NCBI GenBank assembly: GCA_963674965.2
Contig: CAXXFL010000004.1
Coordinates: 224,001-288,000, forward strand
Direction of reading: 5' to 3'
Source of the DNA: a bacterium
Lineage (GTDB): Bacteria > RBG-13-61-14 > DATKZS01
Length of the DNA: 64,000 bases
In this document: one piece after another, positions 1 to 9,021 of the stretch
Position numbering within the stretch: the stretch's first letter is position 1
Layout: each line of letters starts with the position of its first letter
The notes under the pieces: model-generated
Databases searched by the model: none
Told to the model about the DNA's origin: nothing
Seen by the model: the letters and a program-made list of their open reading frames with translations, nothing else
Program-made: the position numbers and the translations under genes

Positions 1-1958
1 TGCGTTTCTATTTTATCGGGAAGGTCCGCGATAATCTCGCGGTCGGTTTTCAGCCGGCGCAAAATATATGGACTGACCAGTTGGCGAAGCGGAGCGAATT
101 GATTTTGCTCACGCCCCTGGCAATGAGCCACGAAGGACTTGAAAACCTTGGCCGATCCTAGGAGACCGGGATTGAGAAAGTCGAAAATCGACCACAAGTC
201 GCCAAGGCGGTTTTCCACGGGCGTTCCTGTCAGCGCGACGCGAGCGTGGGCGGCCAGCTTCTTGACCGCCTTGCTTTGGCCCGTCGAGGGATTTTTTATC
301 GCCTGGGCCTCGTCGAGAATAACAATCCGCCAATCCCGCTCGTGGAGCCATTGCTGCCTTGGCGCCATGGAATAGGTAGTAACGACAAGGTCCGCGTCGG
401 CCAGATAATCCGTCGGCGATTCTTCCATTTTTTTCAAGGTTGCCCTGTCGGTCATCGCCGGATGAGTGAACACAAGTTTCAGTGATGGAGAAAAACGCTC
501 GGCCTCGTTCTTCCAGTTTCCCAGAAGCGAGGCTGGAACCACGAGAAGCGACGGTCCGCTCCTTTCCCGCGCTCGATCTCGCCGAAGGCAAAGGAGCAGC
601 GCCAGGACCTGTATGGTCTTACCAAGCCCCATATCGTCGGCCAGGCAGGCGCCAAGCCCCAATTCAGCCAACAACCTCAGCCAGGACAGCCCCTCCCTCT
701 GATATTGTCTGAGTTCGGTCCTCAAGTCCTCCATTTGATCGACGGAGGACAATCGCCCCGGTTCCCTTAAACTGGACAGGACGTCGCGCATGGCGGAACC
801 GGCGGTGATATGCACCCATTGACGTTCCTCTTCCAGCCGGTCCTCCTGCTTGAGGTCCAGGGAGGCCCCGGCCAACAGGCGCATACCCTCGATAAAAGAA
901 ATCTCATCTCCCTTTAACTGTTTTCTGAGAGTCTCCCAGTGCTCGATGGCCTCCTTAAGCCTGTCGCGGTCGACTTCGATCCACTGGCCCTTAAAGAATA
1001 CCAGCCCATCCTCGCGGTCGAGCAGGCTCGTCACTTCCTCCGGCGTTAGCGATTCATCGCCCAGGGCAACGTTCAGATTGAAATCCAAAAGGGCGTCCAT
1101 CCCAAGGGTCGCCTTCTTCTTTTCGCCGATCGTGATCGACACCCGTGGCCGCTGGCGTTTCTTCCACCAATTGGGCAAACGCACGGACAGGCCGCACTCT
1201 TCGAGAGTGGGGACGCTTTGTAAAAACCCGTATGCCATGGCTTCGTTCCAGGCCATGGGGCGGTAGATATCGGAGGACTCCACCAGTTCTTTCACCCATT
1301 CGATTTTTTCCGTTGCCCGCTGAACCGGGGACAGAAGCTTGATAAGTGCCGCGCGGTTGCGCGCTCCGGCGTACTGATCGAGGGCCTTGGAAAGAGGAAG
1401 GTATTTCAGGCGTCCCGCGGTCCCGAAGCCGGTGGTGAAAGTGGCCATGAACGCAAAAGGCCGAGCAGGGTCGTTTTTATTTTCAGCCAAATGAAAACAG
1501 ACGCGGCCGACTTGGCGCCACTTCGGCGCCCGCGTCTCGAGAAACGCGTTCAGTCCCCCATCCTCGGCCACGGTCTCGCGAGCCCAATTGTCCAGGGCCT
1601 CCCAAATGTCTTCCAGCGTTTCCACTGAAAGATACTCCCCGCCTTTCATGGGAGGAGCCGACAAGAGAAGAGATGCAAACTCCGAATAGCCAGGCGGCGC
1701 GATCTCGAAGGAATCGGCCTCCTCGGGGATGTGGCATAAACCGGTGAGATATCGGTCGGACAAATCCTTCCAGTAGCCGGCGGAAGGCGATCCAATCAAA
1801 TCGATCTTGTCCGCGGCCAGCCTGAAAAGCCCCTCCCGCCAGTCATCCTCGAAGGCTTTTATCAGCGCGGGAGGTAACGATCGTTCGATCTCGCCTTCAA
1901 CCCGCTCCAGGCGAAGGCGTCCCCCCGGCGTAAGCCATATTTCCACGATGGCGCCCAT
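1..1958 (-). CDS. SNF2/SWI2-family ATP-dependent helicase (3' end outside window)
   Basis: Manual translation (absent from the ORF track because it has no stop in the window): MGAIVEIWLTPGG..., LRQYQREGLSWL, Walker A LADDMGLGKTIQ, LVVPASLLGNW, Walker B VILDEAQAIKN, ALTGTPVENRLGDLWS, YILRRLK. Confidence 0.93.
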   Translation of the reverse strand, partial: MGAIVEIWLTPGGRLRLERVEGEIERSLPPALIKAFEDDWREGLFRLAADKIDLIGSPSAGYWKDLSDRYLTGLCHIPEEADSFEIAPPGYSEFASLLLSAPPMKGGEYLSVETLEDIWEALDNWARETVAEDGGLNAFLETRAPKWRQVGRVCFHLAENKNDPARPFAFMATFTTGFGTAGRLKYLPLSKALDQYAGARNRAALIKLLSPVQRATEKIEWVKELVESSDIYRPMAWNEAMAYGFLQSVPTLEECGLSVRLPNWWKKRQRPRVSITIGEKKKATLGMDALLDFNLNVALGDESLTPEEVTSLLDREDGLVFFKGQWIEVDRDRLKEAIEHWETLRKQLKGDEISFIEGMRLLAGASLDLKQEDRLEEERQWVHITAGSAMRDVLSSLREPGRLSSVDQMEDLRTELRQYQREGLSWLRLLAELGLGACLADDMGLGKTIQVLALLLCLRRDRARERSGPSLLVVPASLLGNWKNEAERFSPSLKLVFTHPAMTDRATLKKMEESPTDYLADADLVVTTYSMAPRQQWLHERDWRIVILDEAQAIKNPSTGQSKAVKKLAAHARVALTGTPVENRLGDLWSIFDFLNPGLLGSAKVFKSFVAHCQGREQNQFAPLRQLVSPYILRRLKTDREIIADLPDKIET

Positions 1959-2062
1959 TGATTCTTGACCAGATTCCTTTTTACTGAAGATATTATCGTC
2001 CTAATCAAGATACCCGACAAGGCCTATATATCAAATTGAACCGGGCAATTGGATAAATTATT

Positions 2063-2253
2063 CAGCCTCTTGCAAAAGTCCCGCTTTGGAGTCCCGCGCT
2101 GGAGCGCGGCGGCTCGGCGCCGCTTTTCTTCCGAGCGGCTTGACGCTAGGCAAGCCGTTGCATTAGACCTTGTCAAGCCAAGGCCATCGAAAGCGGTCTC
2201 AAGCGATTGCAAAGCGGCTATGCAGCCAAGAAAAAGATTTTTGTAAGACGCTC
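2063..2253. mobile_element. MITE-like element with imperfect TIRs and an internal REP-like palindrome (copy 1)
   Basis: Ends AGCCTCTTGCAAAA ... TTTTGTAAGACGCTC. Colinear with the reverse complement of 16843-16989 + 18438-18478. Confidence 0.8.
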
Positions 2254-2371
2254 GTATGACGCTGCAATCTTTGAAGCGTGCCATCCCCCGTCCGAGTCCC
2301 CGACTTGCGGGACGGGCGGGATTGTTGTATTCCCATGTTGTATGATCTTGACCGGTCCCTGGGGAGGATGG

Positions 2372-3410
2372 ATGAAAAACTCCGGATTATTTATCACGCT
2401 GGCGTGTCTTGTCGTCGCGTCACTTTTTTCCGGCCTGGGCCGGGCGGGGGACTCTTACCAGGACTTCGAGCCCAGGCTGATCATCATCGACGACGACGTG
2501 GGCATGCTGAAGTCGGAGGTGAAAAAGGACGGGCCCGTCCAGGCGCCATGGATACCCATCACCGACCCCGACGGCGGACTCGAGCTCATCTACGCCCTGC
2601 GCGACCCGAGCGTCAAGGTCCTGGGCGTGACCTGCGCCATGGGCTGCTCCTCCACGGAGGTATGCATGAAGTCCGCGGCCAGGATACTCGAGTACACCGG
2701 CGACCAGGACGTGCCCGTGCTGAGGGGGGCCGACTCGGCCGACGACCTGGGCAAGCCCACCGAGGCCGCCCGCTTCATCGTGGACGCGGTCATGTCCAAT
2801 CCCGGCAAGGTCGAGATCATCGCCACGGCGCCCCTCACCAACGGCCCTGATGCTCGAGCCCCGGCTGCCCGAGAACTGGCTGGCCCTGCACGTGGGCACG
2901 GGAGAGTTCGTGGGCGCCCTGGGCCACTATTCCGAGCTTGGCGAGTACGCCCGCCGCTTCGGCTACAAGGACTTGAATATTAACGTGGACCCCAAAGCCG
3001 CGGCTTACGTGCTCGACCGCGGTGGCGACTTCATCCTCTATCCCAACGAGATCATGGACGACGCGTCCCTTTACAAGCGCCACCGCGATGAGTTGAAGGA
3101 GTCGCCCTCCCCTCTCGCCAAATGGGTCGCCTCGGAAATGACGCCCTACGCCCCCATCATCGCGGCCATCGGGGCCGTGACCGGCGCGGGCAAGGGCATG
3201 CCCCTCCACGGCGTCATCCCCGCGGCCGCGGCCCTGGACCCGACCCTGGCCGAGCCTCCCGCCGAGCTCCGCTTCAAAATGGAATACGGCAAAAAGGGAG
3301 GCTACCGCTTCGTAATCACCGACGACCCGGAAGTACCCAAAAGAAAGGTATACGCTAAACTGGCCGACCCGGAAGAACTGGAGAAGAGGCTGGTGGAAAG
3401 ATTGAAGTGA
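2372..3410 (+). pseudogene. Secreted inosine/uridine-preferring nucleoside hydrolase family protein, frameshifted at ~2843
   Basis: Signal peptide, IIIDDDVG...TDPDG, VPVLRGA and VEIIATAPLTN in one frame; ALMLEP, NINVDPKAA and PLHGVIPAA continue in another frame. Confidence 0.8.
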
Positions 3411-3698
3411 GATTGTATGTTTTCAAAGCGCGTCCGCCGGTGACTTTAATTCTTGGCCCATGGCAGTTCTACAACGATCTTTATTCATCAAACATAATTC
3501 CATCTTTCTCCTTATTAATTCGTCTTTTAAATGAATTAAGTTCCCCGATGAGATTCTCGTCTTTACATAAGTAATTATTTTGGTATATTCGGAATTTAGA
3601 GTAGTTCATATTCACACGGGAGATTTTGACAATATGGGCACATTTCCTGGTGAATTGACGTTAAAGTATACCTGATTGAATTAAAGGAGTCGGGAACG

Positions 3699-4721
3699 AT
3701 GCGTCACAATTGCCCGTCACTATTTTACATTATCGTTTCAGCTTTTTTATTGAATGCGCTGCCAGGAGTGAATCAACGGACCATTGCCGCCGATAAGGAG
3801 GATGAGCTTCGGCTATTCATCGACTGCCATTTTATAAATGATTACATGAATTTTATTGAAAAACGCCCGGAGAGTTCTTTTGCCGATGACTCCTTAATTG
3901 AAATCTCAAGGATTCACCTCCGAAATGGGGATATAGACTCAGCAATATCGTCACTTGAGGCGATAATCAGGGATTATCCCGATTCCTGCCTGCACAGGCA
4001 CATATTTCTTAATGATATACCTGATGAACAATGGATGGCGCAGGGATGGGAAGAATATTGCGAATCAAATCCAATCCCCACGCCACAATGGGCGGAGCTT
4101 CTACTGGCGGATATATATTTCTCAGAAAAAAAAGAACCTGAAAAAACCAAGAACATACTGTTTGAATTATTGTCGAGGACCCGGAAACCTATTAATCCAA
4201 ACCTTGAGATTCCCGCCATTATTTACACTGAGGATATAAGAAGCCGGGTGTTGACGTTATCCGGTAGAGTGGCCAAGAAGACCGGTGATGATGAATGGTT
4301 AAAAAAAATAGAGGCTCTTGTAATAGAAGAATATGGAATCGATCCAATATATGCGACCTCAATTATGCCTCTATTAGAGCGCAAGAAAAGAATGATTGCC
4401 AATTCCATTTTGGAAAAGAAGAAGGGGCCCCAACCGGAAGTAACGACGCCCGAGAAACCCGGGGCAAAAGACAGGTCCACTTCCCAACCAACTAAAGAGC
4501 AGGATAAAGATAAAACGGCAATCCCCGATTCGGGGGATAGCAAAAAAATCGATCAAGATAAAGACAAGAATAAAAGTCAATCATCATCAGCGGAAAAGAC
4601 CGCCGGTAAAAGCTGGGCAAAATTTCCGTGGCCTTTAACGGGCTGGGCGGTCCTTCTTCCCATGTTGGTATTTCTATTCCTTAGCGTCAGAAAATCGATG
4701 AAGAAGACGAACGGTAAATGA
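3699..4721 (+). CDS. AT-rich hypothetical exported protein: TPR-like N-terminal half, low-complexity linker, C-terminal TM helix and basic tail
   Basis: RBS AAGGAG; signal peptide; AISSLEAIIRDYPDS-type TPR motif; C-terminus WPLTGWAVLLPMLVFLFLSVRKSMKK. Confidence 0.7.
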   Translation: MRHNCPSLFYIIVSAFLLNALPGVNQRTIAADKEDELRLFIDCHFINDYMNFIEKRPESSFADDSLIEISRIHLRNGDIDSAISSLEAIIRDYPDSCLHRHIFLNDIPDEQWMAQGWEEYCESNPIPTPQWAELLLADIYFSEKKEPEKTKNILFELLSRTRKPINPNLEIPAIIYTEDIRSRVLTLSGRVAKKTGDDEWLKKIEALVIEEYGIDPIYATSIMPLLERKKRMIANSILEKKKGPQPEVTTPEKPGAKDRSTSQPTKEQDKDKTAIPDSGDSKKIDQDKDKNKSQSSSAEKTAGKSWAKFPWPLTGWAVLLPMLVFLFLSVRKSMKKTNGK

Positions 4722-4928
4722 TAAGGCGTTATAAAATCATGGTAAAAGGGGAAAACGAAATGAAGCCAATAAAAATTTACGGTAAGGCATGTCTGTTTAT
4801 CGCCATAATAATAAATATACTCGACGGTGATTGCGGATTTAAGGTAAAGAACGCCCCTACGCGTTCCTTATCAATGGCGCGGTACCAAACGCCTTTGCGC
4901 TTGAATCCCCGGGGATACAGATATCAGT

Positions 4929-5033
4929 GGACAAGATGGCGAAGAGCGGTGCAAAGGCGAGGCGGCGAGAGAGGCGCGGACCTCGGCCCATCCCCCTGCT
5001 CGGGAACCGCGGTTTTTTCAAACCGGACGGGTC
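4929..5033 (+). repeat. Dispersed ~105-bp repeat, copy A
   Basis: Aligns by eye with the reverse complement of 31219-31327 (shared TGGCnAAGAGCGG, CGAGGC, CATCC, CGGGAnCCGCG, AAACCGGACGGGTC). Confidence 0.65.
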
Positions 5034-5092
5034 GAAAGGACCTTAGCATCGAGGTTGAAGATAAAGAGGACAATAAAGAGAAGGTAGAGAGG

Positions 5093-5461
5093 TCAGCCCA
5101 GTACTTTCCGCACGTGATCGATAATGACGGATATCTCGAAGGGCTTCTCGATGAAATAGCGGGCGCCGATCTTTTTTCCCCTGGCCACGGTCTCGGGGTC
5201 GGAATGGGAGGACATGAAGATGAAGGGGATGTCCCGTGTCTCGAGGCGGTTCTGGATGGCCTCGCAAAGCTCGAGCCCGTCTATCTTGGGAAGCTCGATG
5301 TCCGCCAGGATAAGATCGGGTTGAAAGTTTTCCATGTCCCGAAGCGCCTCGAATCCATTGAGGGAGACCTCGACCTCATACCCGGCCTCGGTCAGCTCGT
5401 CCTGGATCATGAAGGCGATGGTCGGGCTGTCCTCCACTATCATTATTTTTCCGCCGCTCAT
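5093..5461 (-). CDS. Single-domain response regulator (CheY-like receiver)
   Basis: KIMIVEDS, PDLILADIELPKIDG, IPFIFMSS, FIEKPF. Confidence 0.95.
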   Translation of the reverse strand: MSGGKIMIVEDSPTIAFMIQDELTEAGYEVEVSLNGFEALRDMENFQPDLILADIELPKIDGLELCEAIQNRLETRDIPFIFMSSHSDPETVARGKKIGARYFIEKPFEISVIIDHVRKVLG

Positions 5462-5618
5462 TCAATCCACCCGTTATCTAAATATTTAACTTGAAATCGA
5501 TATTTTTTCAAGCCGAAGGGGAAACAAGACCAGGGCGGGCAAGCCGCGTTCCCTTCCTTTGCGCGTCTTTGCTTTCGCGGCCCCTCCCGGATATGATTAT
5601 CCTGAGAAGGAGGATCGG

Positions 5619-6467
5619 ATGACCTTTCGACACGTTTGGAAAATCTGCGCGCCCCTGGCGATTATTCTTATGGTCCTGGCCGGCGCCGGCTGCAAGAGTT
5701 TATTGAAAAAAGCCTATCGCGACCCCAAGGTCAAGGTCGTCGACGTGGCCTTGACCGACGTCTCGACCAGCGGTCTCGAGCTGGGGGTCAACGTCGAGAT
5801 AGACAATCCCAATCCCATCAAGGTCAGCTTTTCGGGCATGGAATACGACCTCGTGGTTGACAACCTTCCCATGGCCAAGGGCAGAAAAGACTCGCTTATC
5901 GAGATCAAGGCCTCAGACAAGACCAACGTGACCATCCCGGTGGAGCTCAACTACAACCAGATGGCGGCGGTCTATAACTCGTCCATTGTCAAGGACCGGG
6001 TACCTTACACGCTCAGCGGCAAGGTCTTTCTCAACACTCCCGTGGGCTCGGTCCCTCTCCCCTACCAGGCCAGCGGGACCATGCCGGTGGTCAAGCCCCC
6101 GACCCTCCGGGGCGTGAAGAACCGGACCAACAGCCTGTCCACCGAGGGACTGGACATGACCATGACCCTGGTGCTCGACAACCCCAACGGCTATCCCCTG
6201 GTGCTCCAGAACCTCGAGTACCAGCTCAACCTGAACGGACAGGAATTCAGCTCGACCCATTCCCAAACGCAAACCCTGCCCGCCAAGGGAAGGGGAGAGG
6301 TTAACCTGCCGGTAAAGCTGAATTTCAGCAGCCTCGGCCAGTGGGCCGTCTCGCTGGTGACCTCCGGCCAGGCAAGTTACTCCCTCAAGTACCGGGCCAC
6401 GTTTATCATCGACGGAAAGCCCGTAAGGCAAACCGAGGTCAACCAGGGAACAATTAAGCTAAGATAA
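5619..6467 (+). CDS. LEA type 2 (WHy) double-domain lipoprotein
   Basis: RBS AAGGAGG; lipobox GAGC; two NPN motifs (IDNPNP, LDNPNG). Confidence 0.88.
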   Translation: MTFRHVWKICAPLAIILMVLAGAGCKSLLKKAYRDPKVKVVDVALTDVSTSGLELGVNVEIDNPNPIKVSFSGMEYDLVVDNLPMAKGRKDSLIEIKASDKTNVTIPVELNYNQMAAVYNSSIVKDRVPYTLSGKVFLNTPVGSVPLPYQASGTMPVVKPPTLRGVKNRTNSLSTEGLDMTMTLVLDNPNGYPLVLQNLEYQLNLNGQEFSSTHSQTQTLPAKGRGEVNLPVKLNFSSLGQWAVSLVTSGQASYSLKYRATFIIDGKPVRQTEVNQGTIKLR

Positions 6468-6492
6468 ACGACTTATATAAAAGGAGTACAAA

Positions 6493-7347
6493 ATGAATTT
6501 TAATAAATTTAGCCAAGTCCGCTCGCTGGCGGCCGTTTTCGCGTTGGTAATACTGGGGGCCGGTTGCCCGGACGTTCAGGACGTGATCGAACAAGTTGGG
6601 GGGGAACCCGAGGTCAAGGTAAAAGACCTGGTAATAACGGGAATATCGGCCAAGGCCCTGGACCTGGCGCTTTCCATGGAAGTGGACAATCCCCTTCCCG
6701 CCGAGATAAACCTGGCCGGCATGGATTACGATTTGCAACTGGCCGGGTCGAAGATGGCCGGCGGGGAGTCCAAAGACCCCATGCAGATCAAGGCCATGGA
6801 TAAAAGCGTTTTAAAGGTCCCTTTTTCTTTATCCTACAAGGACGTGCAGAACGTATACGACGCGGCCAAGGGAAAAGACGAGATACCCTACCAGGTAAAG
6901 GGAACGGTCAAGCTGGCCACGCCGGCTGGAGACCTTCCCATCCCCTACGACGTCAAGGGCAATCTGCCGGTGGTCAGGCCCCCCACCATTAAAGGCGTCA
7001 GCGCCGACGTGAAGAAATTCGACCTCTCCGGCGCGTCCATGGACATGAAGGTAAAGCTCTACAACCCCAACTCCTTTGACCTGGATATAAACAAGCTTGA
7101 TTACAAGGTCACCCTCGAGGGCAAGGATTTCACGCGCTCGAGCGGCAAGGGACAGTCGGTGAGTTCCAAGTCCGAGGGAGAGCTGGTCGTGCCCATGGAC
7201 ATGGACTTCTCCGGGCTGACGACCTGGGCCGCGGCGCTCGTTACCAAGGGCAAGGCGAGCTACGACCTTGAATATAACGCCACTTACAAAATGTTCGGTT
7301 GGGACGTAAACCAAAAGGAAACCTCGAAAGGAAACCTGAAAATATAA
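6493..7347 (+). CDS. LEA type 2 (WHy) double-domain lipoprotein, tandem paralog
   Basis: Lipobox GAGC; VDNPLP and LYNPNS motifs; colinear with the upstream gene. Confidence 0.88.
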   Translation: MNFNKFSQVRSLAAVFALVILGAGCPDVQDVIEQVGGEPEVKVKDLVITGISAKALDLALSMEVDNPLPAEINLAGMDYDLQLAGSKMAGGESKDPMQIKAMDKSVLKVPFSLSYKDVQNVYDAAKGKDEIPYQVKGTVKLATPAGDLPIPYDVKGNLPVVRPPTIKGVSADVKKFDLSGASMDMKVKLYNPNSFDLDINKLDYKVTLEGKDFTRSSGKGQSVSSKSEGELVVPMDMDFSGLTTWAAALVTKGKASYDLEYNATYKMFGWDVNQKETSKGNLKI

Positions 7348-7367
7348 TCCACCTGGAGAAGCGATCC

Positions 7368-8288
7368 ATGCTGACGAGAAGAAAAGTACACGTTGACGGC
7401 GATTTGATTCCATTCAACAAGATGCTGGTCCACGTGATGAGTCACTCCTTTTGCCGGGGGTCGGCCATATTCGAGGTCATAAGCCTGCACCAAACCGACA
7501 AGGGCGCCTGCGTCTTTAGGCTTGACGACCACGTGAAGAGGCTTTTTCGCTCGGCCGAGTTGGTCCACATGCCCCTTCCCTACTCGATGAAGAAGTTCAA
7601 GGACGCGGTCAAGGAAACGGTCCGGGTGAACAAAATCGAGAAGGGCATGGTCAAACTCATGTGCTATTACGGCGGCGTCGAGTTCGAGGTGGTCCCTCGC
7701 AACCCGGCGGTAACGGTGGCCGTGGTGGCGGTGGACCCCGAAAAGGACCTGGGCGCCGAGCGCTTCAACAAGTCGCTTCGAAAGCCGGCCGCGGTCATGA
7801 CCTCGAGGTGGCGCAAGGTCCCGCCGAGCTCGACGCCGGTCGAGTGCAAGTGCGCGGCGAGCTACATGGGGGGGACCATCGCCAAGATAGAGGCCATCAA
7901 GGAGGGGTACATGACCCCCCTTATGCTCGACGATAAGGGCTACGTGGCGGAAGGGCCCACGGAGAGCCTGTTCATGGTCAAGAACGGAAGGCTCATTACC
8001 GCGCCCCTGGGCAAGATATTGCCCGGCATCACCAGGGACACCATACTTACCCTGGCCCGGGAATACGGCATCGACACGGTCGAGCGCAAATTCAAGCCCG
8101 CCGAGCTGTACAAGGCGGAGGAGGCCTTCTTCACCTCCTCCGTGGTCAAGGGCTGGCCCATATGCAGGATCGATAAGGCGGAGTATAACGCCCCCGGCGA
8201 GGTAACCCGGCTGCTGGACGGGATCATCGACAAGATACTGGACCGGAAGGTTAAAAGATTCAACAAATGGCTGGTTCCGGTGAAATAA
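7368..8288 (+). CDS. ilvE: Class IV PLP aminotransferase (branched-chain amino acid aminotransferase-like)
   Basis: FRLDDHVKRL, ECKCAASY (PLP lysine), VAEGPTES, ILPGITRDT, AEEAFFTSS. Confidence 0.85.
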   Translation: MLTRRKVHVDGDLIPFNKMLVHVMSHSFCRGSAIFEVISLHQTDKGACVFRLDDHVKRLFRSAELVHMPLPYSMKKFKDAVKETVRVNKIEKGMVKLMCYYGGVEFEVVPRNPAVTVAVVAVDPEKDLGAERFNKSLRKPAAVMTSRWRKVPPSSTPVECKCAASYMGGTIAKIEAIKEGYMTPLMLDDKGYVAEGPTESLFMVKNGRLITAPLGKILPGITRDTILTLAREYGIDTVERKFKPAELYKAEEAFFTSSVVKGWPICRIDKAEYNAPGEVTRLLDGIIDKILDRKVKRFNKWLVPVK

Positions 8289-8336
8289 GAGAAAGCGGCG
8301 CTTGACGCCGCCATCATATCCGACGGGAAAGACCGA

Positions 8337-8999
8337 ATGCATGAAACAAGAAATGGACTGAAAAAACACGGCCTCGCGACAATTATAATATTGGCGCTTG
8401 CCGCTCCATCCCTCATCGTCGCCCAGAAGGTAAAAAAATATTCCCCCCAGGAAAAACTGGTCCTGGCCGCCCGCGCCTGGGTTGGTCCCACTTGCAAATA
8501 TGACGGCGGATACCGGGTGCTGACCTATCCGGGCGGCGACCCCGGCGGGGACGTGGGAGTTTGCACCGACTTAATCGTGCGCGCTTACCGGGCGCTGGGG
8601 ATCGATCTCCAGGTCCTCGTCCATGAGGATATCTCGAAAAGGTTCGCCGAGTATCCCGTGAAAAAACTCTACGACCAGGACAAGCCGGATAAAAACATCG
8701 ACCACCGACGGGTCCCCAATTTAATGGCCTTCCTGCGGGAACACGCCTCCAGCCTCAACACCTCGATCGAGGCGGAGGGCCTCGAGCAATGGAAAGCGGG
8801 AGACGTGGTGATCTTCGACCTCCTCGATAACGGCATACCATCCCACGTGGGATTGATATCGGATAAAAAGTCCGAGTCGGGCAGACCTCTGGTCATCCAC
8901 CACTTTCCGCCCTTTCCAACGGAGGACGACTGTCTGCCCAAATGGAAGATAATCGGACACTTCAGGTACTTCCCCGACAAGAAAACGCTCGATCGATGA
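8337..8999 (+). CDS. DUF1287 (YijF-like) exported protein
   Basis: YPGGD, GVCTDLIVRAYR, DKNIDHRRVPNL, HVGLIS. Confidence 0.9.
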   Translation: MHETRNGLKKHGLATIIILALAAPSLIVAQKVKKYSPQEKLVLAARAWVGPTCKYDGGYRVLTYPGGDPGGDVGVCTDLIVRAYRALGIDLQVLVHEDISKRFAEYPVKKLYDQDKPDKNIDHRRVPNLMAFLREHASSLNTSIEAEGLEQWKAGDVVIFDLLDNGIPSHVGLISDKKSESGRPLVIHHFPPFPTEDDCLPKWKIIGHFRYFPDKKTLDR

Positions 9000-9021
9000 C
9001 GCGCCACATGGGAGGCAGATT

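Noticed and set aside
109..1737. Small ORFs at the window start
   Set aside because: Alternate-frame shadows of the SNF2 gene
4718..5494. 258-aa ORF
   Set aside because: Mostly antisense to the receiver gene and runs across repeat A; only a short signal-peptide-like stub from ~4760 might be a real gene fragment
8292..8312. REP-like hairpin GCGGCGCTTGACGCCGC after ilvE
   Set aside because: Resembles the MITE palindrome core but is too short and lacks the TTGGAGT flank
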